NCBI GenBank assembly: GCA_900549285.1
Contig: URNW01000002.1
Span: 15,450-79,449, forward strand
Direction: 5' to 3'
DNA: 64,000 bases
Origin: an uncultured Mycoplasmatota bacterium
GTDB taxonomy: Bacteria; Bacillota_I; Bacilli_A; RF39; UBA660
The notes below the pieces were generated by a model, which worked only from the letters and a program-made list of their open reading frames with translations, had not been told where the DNA came from and did not search any database. How positions within the stretch are numbered: the stretch's first letter is position 1; each line of letters starts with the position of its first letter. Position numbers and translations under genes: made by a program. Shown piece by piece: positions 8,986 through 16,878 of the stretch.

Positions 8986-9279
8986 GGTTAATCTAATAAA
9001 TGAAGCATGATGTCTCCGTATAACGTTAACTCTAACGGTAATGCTAACGTGTTCAATGTGTGGTCGGATGGCAACCTCAACAACAACCGCGTGGATAACA
9101 CGAATGGTGTGCGCCCAATATCCTTTTAAACTTATTGTTTGGTTAAGGCTAAATAAAAAAGCATTAGGATACAAGATTAATCATTGGAATATATCCAAAA
9201 TAAATAATGTTGATGTTTTAAATCTTGCATTTAAAACTAATACAATATTAAAAAGTCTCATATTATTGAGGCTTTTTTG
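8986..9279 (+). ncRNA. DGR template-repeat-like non-coding cassette 2 (IR-L, TR2, conserved 3' structured element, terminator)
   Basis: Components in order: IR-L GGTTAATCT (8986..8994); TR2 (9010..9117); a conserved 3' block with TGGTTAA (9140..9146) and AGATTAATC (9174..9182); and the terminator AGTCTCAtattatTGAGGCT plus T-run (9254..9279). Confidence 0.6.
9010..9117 (+). repeat. template-repeat-like copy TR2 (AAC/AAT-rich)
   Basis: 108 nt running ATGTCTCCGTATAACGTTAAC...AACAACAACCGC...GGTGTGCGCCCA. It has the same 10-nt 5' end and 12-nt 3' end as TR1 and the variable segment. Confidence 0.7.
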
Positions 9280-9392
9280 CTAATTAGAATATAATAGTTT
9301 ATATATTGTAGTTTATACTATTAATAAAGATTAAACTACCATCAATAAATAACGATTATTTATTATGGGGTATGATATTAAAAAATACCTTA

Positions 9393-9848
9393 TTATTTAA
9401 GATATTTAGGATCATCCGTTTTACCTAAGAGGTAATCAGCAGATATGTTGTATTTTTTACATATATCATATAAAAATGGCGTTGCTATAATATTTTTACC
9501 TATTTCATAACCACTAATTGTTGATTTTGAATAATGTAAAATACCTGCTAAATCTGCTTGAGTTAAATTATATTTTTTACGTAATTCTTTTAAACGTATC
9601 CCAATTAATTTTTTATTTATTTCTAATCTATAATTAGAATAGTTTTTCATATTTGTAAAGCCAAATATATAATCTAGGGATATATTATAAAGATTAGATA
9701 GTGTATTTAAATGTTTAACAGGAATAATGGTCTCTCCTCGTTCATAATGACCATAGACATTTTTGTGTAAGTTTAAAAAAGTTGATATATCTTTTTGCGT
9801 AAATTTTTTTTCTTCTCTAGCATCTATTAATCTTTTCGTATAAAACAT
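9393..9848 (-). CDS. XRE-family transcriptional regulator with two HTH (Cro/C1-type) domains, copy 1
   Basis: Two HTH_3-like halves (FTQKDISTFLNL...ERGETIIP and LTQADLAGILHYSKSTISGYEIG). Start moved to MFYTKRL behind GGTGG. Paralog of 9984..10439. Confidence 0.8.
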   Translation of the reverse strand: MFYTKRLIDAREEKKFTQKDISTFLNLHKNVYGHYERGETIIPVKHLNTLSNLYNISLDYIFGFTNMKNYSNYRLEINKKLIGIRLKELRKKYNLTQADLAGILHYSKSTISGYEIGKNIIATPFLYDICKKYNISADYLLGKTDDPKYLK

Positions 9849-9921
9849 AAATACCACCATAGAAAAATTTTCTCAAAAGAAATAGAAAAAGTCAGAAATA
9901 AGACTTAATAGCGTTTTTGAT

Positions 9922-9950
9922 ATTGACTTTTAAACAGAACTCAACTATAA
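9922..9950 (+). promoter_or_regulatory. orphan duplicated promoter (copy of the target-gene promoter) firing antisense into the second XRE gene
   Basis: TTGACT (9922..9927), a 17-nt spacer, then TATAAT (9945..9950). It is preceded by the same TAAGACTTAATAGCGTTTTTG block seen upstream of 10512. Confidence 0.5.
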
Positions 9951-9983
9951 TGTATACATAATTGAAAATTCTTAACATAATAA

Positions 9984-10439
9984 TCACTTTCTAATATATT
10001 TAGGTTCATCTATTTTACCTAAGAGGTAGTCAGCAGATATATTGTATTTTCTGCATATATCATATAAAAAGGGTGTTGCAATTATCTTTGCCATTCTTTC
10101 ATAATCCCCAATAGTGGATTTACCAACATTTATGCTATCTGCTAATTCTTGCTGGGTTAAACCATATTCATTTCTTAGTTGCTTTAATCTTTCTCTTTGA
10201 AGTTCTTTACTAATAGTAGGAACAGCATTTTTATAATTAAGTACATCACAAAATTCAAAAACATAATCTAAAGATACATTGAAATAATTGCAAACATAAT
10301 TCAAATGTTTAATAGGAATAATAGTTTCTTCACGTTCATAATGTCCATAAACTTCATTTCCTAAACCTAATAACTTGGATATTTCTTTTTGTTTTAAATC
10401 ACATTTAGTTCTAATATCAATAAGTCTTTTCTTATACAT
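9984..10439 (-). CDS. XRE-family transcriptional regulator with two HTH domains, copy 2
   Basis: Same architecture as copy 1 (LKQKEISKLLGL...; LTQQELADSINVGKSTIGDYE), and the C-terminal ATPFLYDICxKYNISADYLLGK is shared. Start at MYKKRL behind GGTGG. Divergent from the target gene. Confidence 0.8.
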   Translation of the reverse strand: MYKKRLIDIRTKCDLKQKEISKLLGLGNEVYGHYEREETIIPIKHLNYVCNYFNVSLDYVFEFCDVLNYKNAVPTISKELQRERLKQLRNEYGLTQQELADSINVGKSTIGDYERMAKIIATPFLYDICRKYNISADYLLGKIDEPKYIRK

Positions 10440-10511
10440 TTTTACCACCATTTTAATTTTCTCAAAAACTTAAATTAAATGTACAATTAAGACTTAATAG
10501 CGTTTTTGTTG

Positions 10512-10540
10512 TTGACTTTATTATAACTATACTTTATACT
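10512..10540 (+). promoter_or_regulatory. sigma-A-like promoter of the variable surface-protein gene
   Basis: TTGACT (10512..10517), a 17-nt spacer, then TATACT (10535..10540), about 30 nt upstream of the ORF. Confidence 0.55.
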
Positions 10541-10569
10541 TAATATAGTTAAGGATTTTCAATTTTATA

Positions 10570-11922
10570 GTGAAAGAGGTTATAAAATTGAAGAAAGATG
10601 GAAGTATAGAATTTGAAACTATTAAATCTCATAAGAATAGATTATACTTTTTGTGTGGAATAGTCTGTGTAGTAGTACTTCTTGTTGTGTTTGTTATAAC
10701 TAGAAGTCATGCTAAGTACCGAACAACAGAATCTATTCCCTTAATAAATGGAACCATTAACTATATACCATATGATTTAAAAATGGTTGCTATGTATCAA
10801 GAAGAAAATGATGGTTATAAAAGTATAGATACAGTACCAACTAGTGGATATGCTTTAAATGAAGAGAAAAGCTATTGTGAAGTAAATGATACAAAAGATG
10901 AAAGCATATCTATGGAATATAAAGATGGAAAAGTATATATAGGAGTAAGTAAAAAAGGAACAAAATGTTACTTGTATTTTGATCAAGAACCAACGGCAAA
11001 AGATACAATATTAGCAAATAATTCTGTTAATAGTGGAACACCAAACTTTAGTCAGGTAGCAACAACGAATGAAGGAGTATATAAAACACAAGATGATTGG
11101 GGAGATAGTTATTACTTTAGAGGGGCTGTAGATAATAACTGGGTTAAATTTGCAGGATTCTATTGGCGAATTATTAGGATCAATGGAGATGGATCTATTA
11201 GATTAATCTATAATGGAACAAGTACAGCAACAACTGGAACAAGTACTCAAATACAAACAAGTACATTTAATAGTTCATATAATGACAATGCACATGTAGG
11301 ATATATGTATGGAAGTACAGGAGCAAATAGTTATGCAGCAACACATGCTAATACTAATAGTAGTACAATCAAAGGGGTATTAGATAATTGGTATCAGACT
11401 AATATAACAAATAAAGGATATGGAAATAAAGTAAGTACAGAAGCAGGATTTTGTGGAGATCGGGAACCAAGTACAAGTACATCAACAAGTAACGGTTCAG
11501 GAGGAACAGGGACAACAACTACATACTATGGCGGAAATATCAGATTAACAAATAGTACAAAATCTCCAATATTAAAATGTAAAAATAGCAGTGATTTATA
11601 TACGGTAAGCGGAAGTAGTAAAGGAAATAAAGCATTATCTAATCCAGTAGGATTAATAACCGCAGATGAAGTAGCTATGGCAGGAGGTGTGTGGGAAACA
11701 ACTAATCAAAGTTATTATCTATATACAGGACAGAATTATTGGCCCATGTCTCCGTCTAACTTTTTCGGCGGTTTTGCTCGCATGCTCTATGTGTCTTCGG
11801 ATGGCACCCTCAGCGTCGTCGGCGTGAATTACGCGCGAGGTGTGCGCCCAGTTATCAATTTACGGTCTGATATTACTATTTTATCTGGTGATGGTACTAG
11901 TTCTAATCCTTATGTTGTTTAA
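10570..11922 (+). CDS. membrane-anchored surface protein with C-terminal DGR-type variable region (putative DGR target)
   Basis: 450-aa ORF from a GTG at 10570; an alternative TTG at 10588 follows AAGAGG. It has an N-terminal TM helix, a conserved core (YYFRGAVDNNWVKFAGFYWRIIRINGDGSIRLIY) and a Ser/Thr/Gly linker. The C-terminal YW-x-SP...GVRPV module contains the GC-rich segment 11746..11850. Paralog of 49054..50349. Confidence 0.75.
   Translation: MKEVIKLKKDGSIEFETIKSHKNRLYFLCGIVCVVVLLVVFVITRSHAKYRTTESIPLINGTINYIPYDLKMVAMYQEENDGYKSIDTVPTSGYALNEEKSYCEVNDTKDESISMEYKDGKVYIGVSKKGTKCYLYFDQEPTAKDTILANNSVNSGTPNFSQVATTNEGVYKTQDDWGDSYYFRGAVDNNWVKFAGFYWRIIRINGDGSIRLIYNGTSTATTGTSTQIQTSTFNSSYNDNAHVGYMYGSTGANSYAATHANTNSSTIKGVLDNWYQTNITNKGYGNKVSTEAGFCGDREPSTSTSTSNGSGGTGTTTTYYGGNIRLTNSTKSPILKCKNSSDLYTVSGSSKGNKALSNPVGLITADEVAMAGGVWETTNQSYYLYTGQNYWPMSPSNFFGGFARMLYVSSDGTLSVVGVNYARGVRPVINLRSDITILSGDGTSSNPYVV
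11746..11850 (+). repeat. variable-repeat-like segment (VR) inside CDS 10570..11922
   Basis: 105 nt running ATGTCTCCGTCTAAC...GGTGTGCGCCCA, about 57% GC by hand count in an AT-rich gene. AAC/AAT codons of TR1/TR2 are replaced by TTC, GGC, TTT, CGC, TCT, ACC, AGC, GTC, GTC and GGC. The shared GC-rich 3' end GGTGTGCGCCCA is IMH-like. Confidence 0.7.
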
Positions 11923-11930
11923 GTAATTTA

Positions 11931-11962
11931 AAAAGCATCAAATTATTAGTTTGGTGCTTTTT
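11931..11962. terminator. bidirectional terminator between target gene and mfd
   Basis: AAAAGCATCA-11 nt-TGGTGCTTTT hairpin flanked by A/T runs. The right arm overlaps the last mfd codons. Confidence 0.5.
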
Positions 11963-14900
11963 CATTAGAATTATTTCCTGGGAAATAATCTTCTTTAATT
12001 AATTCTAAGATTGGAACGAAAGTATATAAAAAATGTTTATCTTCTGGTTTTAGCAAAAGTGTTAATTTAATTCTTTTATTTTGATAAGCAAATTTTATGT
12101 TAGGATTAATGTTATAACTTTCTAGAAATAGTTTATCTGCTTTTATATGGTTTGATAATTCTTCTGGTAATTCTAGTTCTACTAATCTTTCTGTTTGTGT
12201 TACTCTTGTAATATTTAGTGATTTTGCTAATTTTTCAAACCATTCTTCATACATGTAAATGATCATAGTTTCATCTACTTTTCCAAAACGATCTTCCAAT
12301 TCTTCTTTTACCTTTTTTAAGCTTTCTAAAGAATCAACTTCATTTATTTTTTGGTGAATTTCTATTTTTATTTCGTCATCAGTTGTATAATCGTCTGATA
12401 TATGGGTACTTACATCTACTAGTGATTCTTTTGTATCCTCTTCTGGTATTTCTTCACCTTTTAACCGACGCATTTCTTCATCAATCATTTGCATATATAG
12501 ATTAATACCTACTGAATCTACAAATCCAGCTTGTTCACTTCCTAATATATCTCCTGCACCACGGATTGCTAAATCTCGCATTGCAATTCGATATCCACTT
12601 CCTAATTCTGTAAATTCTTTTATGGCATCTAATCTTTTTATTGCTATATCATTTAACATTTTACTTTTATCATAAAGTAAATAAGCATAGGCTATTTTAT
12701 TACTTCTTCCAACTCTTCCTCTTATTTGATATAGTTGGGATAAACCAAAATGATCAGCATTATAGATAATTAATGTATTGGCATTAGGAATATCAATTCC
12801 TGTTTCTATAATTGTTGTACAAATTAAAATATCATATTTAAAGTCAATAAAGTCTTGCATTACATCTTCTAATTCTTCTTTTTTCATTCGACCATGAGCG
12901 CTTATAATTCTTGCTTCTGGTACTAACGCTTTTATATGACTTGTAATACTATCTAGCTTATCAATATTATTATAAAGTATGAATATTTGACCTTGTCTTG
13001 CTAGTTCTTTATAAATAGCATCTTTAATAATTAAATCATTTTCCGCTATAACATAAGTCTGGATTGGATAACGATTTACTGGTGGTGTATCAATAACAGA
13101 TAAATCTCTTAATCCTGACATAGCCATTTTTAAAGTTCTTGGTATTGGTGTTGCTGATAGAGTTAACACATTTACATCTGTTTTTAACTTCTTTATTTTT
13201 TCCTTATGAGTTACACCAAACCTTTGCTCTTCATCTACAATTAATAATCCTAATTTATTAAATTTTACATCATCACTTAATAATCTATGAGTACCAAAAA
13301 CAATGTCAATTGTTCCATTTTTTAAACCTTCTAATATCCTTTTTGTTTCTTTTGCAGAAGTAAAACGATTTAAGAGAGCTATTTCTATAGCGTAATCTTT
13401 AAAACGTTCTTTCGCTGATGAGTATTGTTGCTTTGATAAAATGGTTGTTGGACATAAGTAAAAAACTTGTTTATTATTTAAAACGGCTTTAAACATGGCT
13501 CTAAATGCTACTTCGGTTTTTCCAAATCCAACATCTCCACATAATAACCGATCCATAGGAACTTGATCTTTTAAGTCTTGATCTATTTCTTTTATCGCTT
13601 TGGATTGATCTTTTGTTGGAATATATTCAAAACTATTAGCAAAATCTCGTTCCATGTCATAAGATTTATAAGCATCCCCTTTTAAAGCTTTTCTTTCAGC
13701 ATATAGTTTTAACAATTCTTCGGATATATCTTTTATTTTCTTTTCTACTGCTCTTTTTGTTTTAGCCCATGTTGAAGAATTTAGCTTATTTATTTTAGGT
13801 TTTATTCCTTCTTTACTAGTGTATTTTAAGATTGTATTCATTTTTTCTACTGGTACATAAACTTTATCATTATCAGCATAAAGTATCTCAATATAATCTT
13901 TAGCTAATCCTTTTTTAGATAATGTTTTAATTCCGTTATATATTCCGATTCCATGAGCCATATGTACTACATAATCCCCTTTATTAAGAGAATTCAAATC
14001 TTTAATTTTATGACCAATTTTATATAGATTCCGATATTTTATTGTTTCTTTTTTTACTTGTTCAATATCATTTTCACTTATCACTACACATTTATCTATT
14101 ATAAATCCCTGAGACAAATATTTATTTTCAATCGTGATTGGTACAGTGATTAATTCTTTAATAATCTTAATTTGATTTTCTTTACTTAAATAAAAGAAAA
14201 TTTCATAACCCTTTTTATGCCAAATCTCTGTTTGCTCTTTTAATTTTTCAAAATCAGAATGAAAGTTTGGTATTTCTTTAGCATTAAAATCTAATATTTT
14301 AGAATGTTTGGATATATTTTCAATAAAATTTATATAAATATTTTCTTTTGGAGATATCTCATCTAAGCTAAACATGAAACGATAATCTTTTTCTAGTCCT
14401 TTAGCAATACGATATTCAAACATCTCTTCTTCTAACTTTTCATAATTAGCTTGGATTCTTGTTTCATCAATTGTTATTACAATTGCATTGGAAGCATAGT
14501 CTAATAAACTAGATTGATGATCAGATATTATTTCACTATTCGATATTAACCTAATTTCTTTTATTTCTTTTAAAGACATCTGGGTTTCTTCATCAAAATA
14601 TCTTATAGATTCTATTGTGTTACCAAAAAATTCTATTCTAATTGGATGTTCTTCTAAAGTTATAAAGATATCTACTACAAATCCCCTTACAGCATATTCA
14701 CCTGTGGTAGTTACTATTGTGTCTTTTTTATAATCTAATTTTTCTAATAATTCTAATAATTTTTCACGATTTATTTCATCTCCTTTTTTTAAGATGATAT
14801 TCATTTTTTCTTGAGTGTTTTTATCTGTTAAAAACTTTAAATAGCCCATTAAGTTAGTTACAATGATTCCTTGTGTTTTTTTTATATTTTCTAAAGTATC

Positions 14901-15173
14901 GATTCTAGTTGTTTTTAATTCGGGTGATATGGCTAAAGCTTGACTTGTTATAAAATCATCCATAGGAAACAAAAAGGTAGATTTTTCATAGTTTTTAATT
15001 CCTGAAAAAAATGTATTGGCTTCATATAATGTACTTAATAAGACTATAATATTTTGCTTTTTTTCTTGGAAAATTTTAGACACATAAAGATAAGCTAACT
15101 CATGTGTTAACCCTGTTATTGTTAAATTATTTTCATATTTAAAATATTTGTCTAAAAATTTCATGAAATTCAC
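11946..15173 (-). CDS. mfd: transcription-repair coupling factor
   Basis: 1075 aa with a CarD/RID region (GDYVVHMAHGIGIY) and SF2 helicase motifs GDVGFGKTEVA and DEEQRFG, plus a TRG-type C-terminal part. Confidence 0.95.
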   Translation of the reverse strand: MNFMKFLDKYFKYENNLTITGLTHELAYLYVSKIFQEKKQNIIVLLSTLYEANTFFSGIKNYEKSTFLFPMDDFITSQALAISPELKTTRIDTLENIKKTQGIIVTNLMGYLKFLTDKNTQEKMNIILKKGDEINREKLLELLEKLDYKKDTIVTTTGEYAVRGFVVDIFITLEEHPIRIEFFGNTIESIRYFDEETQMSLKEIKEIRLISNSEIISDHQSSLLDYASNAIVITIDETRIQANYEKLEEEMFEYRIAKGLEKDYRFMFSLDEISPKENIYINFIENISKHSKILDFNAKEIPNFHSDFEKLKEQTEIWHKKGYEIFFYLSKENQIKIIKELITVPITIENKYLSQGFIIDKCVVISENDIEQVKKETIKYRNLYKIGHKIKDLNSLNKGDYVVHMAHGIGIYNGIKTLSKKGLAKDYIEILYADNDKVYVPVEKMNTILKYTSKEGIKPKINKLNSSTWAKTKRAVEKKIKDISEELLKLYAERKALKGDAYKSYDMERDFANSFEYIPTKDQSKAIKEIDQDLKDQVPMDRLLCGDVGFGKTEVAFRAMFKAVLNNKQVFYLCPTTILSKQQYSSAKERFKDYAIEIALLNRFTSAKETKRILEGLKNGTIDIVFGTHRLLSDDVKFNKLGLLIVDEEQRFGVTHKEKIKKLKTDVNVLTLSATPIPRTLKMAMSGLRDLSVIDTPPVNRYPIQTYVIAENDLIIKDAIYKELARQGQIFILYNNIDKLDSITSHIKALVPEARIISAHGRMKKEELEDVMQDFIDFKYDILICTTIIETGIDIPNANTLIIYNADHFGLSQLYQIRGRVGRSNKIAYAYLLYDKSKMLNDIAIKRLDAIKEFTELGSGYRIAMRDLAIRGAGDILGSEQAGFVDSVGINLYMQMIDEEMRRLKGEEIPEEDTKESLVDVSTHISDDYTTDDEIKIEIHQKINEVDSLESLKKVKEELEDRFGKVDETMIIYMYEEWFEKLAKSLNITRVTQTERLVELELPEELSNHIKADKLFLESYNINPNIKFAYQNKRIKLTLLLKPEDKHFLYTFVPILELIKEDYFPGNNSNEKAPN

Positions 15174-15178
15174 CTTAT

Positions 15179-15742
15179 TTAAACATTATTATTTTTGCGG
15201 TTAAATTTATTCATTGTTTTATCTATACCATTTGCTACAAAAGAAGAAATGATTTCCTGAAATGTAGGGTATAAATTTTTTAAGATATCTAATTCCGAAG
15301 AACTAAATTTTCCTAGTACATAGTTTTTTGTGTCTATTTGTTTATTATTAGATATTCCAACTTTTAAACGGGCAAAGTTTGAGGTACCAAGATTATTAAT
15401 AATTGATTTAATCCCATTATGACCACCACTACTACTATTTGTTTTTAAACGGTATTTGCCAATTTCTAAATCTAAATCATCTTGAATAATTAGAATATCT
15501 TCTAATTTTAATTTATAAAATTGAAAAAAAGGAACTATGGCATCTCCTGATAAATTCATATAAGTTAATGGTTTTACTAACAAAATTTTTTCATTTTGAA
15601 TATTTAATTCTGTATATAAAGAGTGCCATTTTTCTTTCCATACACAATCTTTAGCTAAAGAGTCAATTACCATATAACCAATATTATGTCTTGTATTTTC
15701 ATATTCTTTTCCAGGATTACCTAATCCTACTATTAATTTCAT
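15179..15742 (-). CDS. pth: peptidyl-tRNA hydrolase
   Basis: MKLIVGLGNPGKEYENTRHNIG is the canonical Pth N-terminus; 187 aa. Confidence 0.95.
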   Translation of the reverse strand: MKLIVGLGNPGKEYENTRHNIGYMVIDSLAKDCVWKEKWHSLYTELNIQNEKILLVKPLTYMNLSGDAIVPFFQFYKLKLEDILIIQDDLDLEIGKYRLKTNSSSGGHNGIKSIINNLGTSNFARLKVGISNNKQIDTKNYVLGKFSSSELDILKNLYPTFQEIISSFVANGIDKTMNKFNRKNNNV

Positions 15743-16169
15743 TTTTACCTCCTTTTATGCTACATCTTTGATTTAAATATGTTGCTATTTGTTCTAAATT
15801 ATCAAAAATTATTCCACCATTATTTCTAACTATATCTTTTACATAATTAAGACTTTCTAACTGATGTTTGTCAAATTTTTGACCATTAAAATCATTTAAA
15901 ACACAAAAAATTACTTTATGTGGCTCTTTATTACTATAATCCACAACAGAAGCAATGGAACAAAATCCTTTTTGCTCTGGAGTAATAACATAAAGCAAAT
16001 AATCACAAGTTTTTAATATTTCAAGCTTGTTCTTTTTTTCCTCTTCATTATATTTCCATTCTCCTTTTGAAAGTAAAGGGTTTCTATAAAATATCTCTTT
16101 TCTTAACATTGGAATTAATATATCTCTCCAATTACTATTCCCACATGTTCCACCTAAATTTATTTTCAA
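15717..16169 (-). CDS. nucleoside 2-deoxyribosyltransferase-like (Rossmann-like) protein
   Basis: 150 aa. The pattern INLGGTCGNSNWRD...CDYLLYVITPEQKGFCSIASV...KVIF resembles the Nuc_deoxyrib_tr-like fold. The 3' end overlaps the pth start by 26 nt. Confidence 0.3.
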   Translation of the reverse strand: MKINLGGTCGNSNWRDILIPMLRKEIFYRNPLLSKGEWKYNEEEKKNKLEILKTCDYLLYVITPEQKGFCSIASVVDYSNKEPHKVIFCVLNDFNGQKFDKHQLESLNYVKDIVRNNGGIIFDNLEQIATYLNQRCSIKGGKNEINSRIR

Positions 16170-16170
16170 A

Positions 16171-16878
16171 CTACTTCACTTCCTTAAATATATTTTGATA
16201 TGTTTTAGTATTTCTATTAATAGTTATTGCTTTTATTTTTGTTCCTATCAAAGAATTTTTTACCATTTTTATTAATACCATTTGTGATTGTTCCTCTATA
16301 TTGGAGTAGACAAATGTTATTTTTTTAGGATGAAGATTATATTTATTTGCTAATATTATTATTTCCTCTAACCGTTCTGGGCGGTGAACTAAATAAAATT
16401 TACCATTATCTTTTAGTAAAAATTTTACTACTTTAAATATTTCTTCTAAAGTAATTGTTAGTTCATGTCTAGCTATGGCTTTTATTTCTGATGTATTAAT
16501 CAAAGAATCTTTTTGATATTTAAAAAATGGAGGATTACATGTAATAATATCAAAATTATTTTCTGGGAAATAATTTTTTAATTCTTTGACATTACAATTT
16601 AACATATGAATATTATTTAACTGATTTATTTTAATACTTTCAACAGCTAAATTATAAATTTCTTTTTGAATTTCTACTCCTGTTATATTTATGTTATATT
16701 TTTTTCCAATTATTAAGGGTAATGGCGCATTTCCACTGCATAAATCTAATAAGTTTTTATCTTTTTTAGTGATTTCGACATATTCACTTAATAGTAAGGA
16801 ATCTAAGGAGAATTTAAAATAACTATTATTCTGAACAATTTTTAGACCATAATCATATAAATCATTTATGACTTGCAT
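16171..16878 (-). CDS. SAM-dependent methyltransferase, YabB/TrmN6-like (tRNA m6A37 type)
   Basis: DLCSGNAPL SAM-binding loop and an NPPF motif (CNPPFFKY). Its position after ricT matches Bacillus yabB. Confidence 0.7.
   Translation of the reverse strand: MQVINDLYDYGLKIVQNNSYFKFSLDSLLLSEYVEITKKDKNLLDLCSGNAPLPLIIGKKYNINITGVEIQKEIYNLAVESIKINQLNNIHMLNCNVKELKNYFPENNFDIITCNPPFFKYQKDSLINTSEIKAIARHELTITLEEIFKVVKFLLKDNGKFYLVHRPERLEEIIILANKYNLHPKKITFVYSNIEEQSQMVLIKMVKNSLIGTKIKAITINRNTKTYQNIFKEVK

Noticed and set aside
8083-11922. Alternative explanation of the cassettes as silent copies for RecA gene conversion, or as a shufflon-type inversion system
   Set aside because: The shared flanks are only 10 and 12 nt. 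All copies are in direct orientation and no recombinase or invertase is nearby. The differences are biased to template adenines, which recombination would not produce. This is kept only as a fallback hypothesis.
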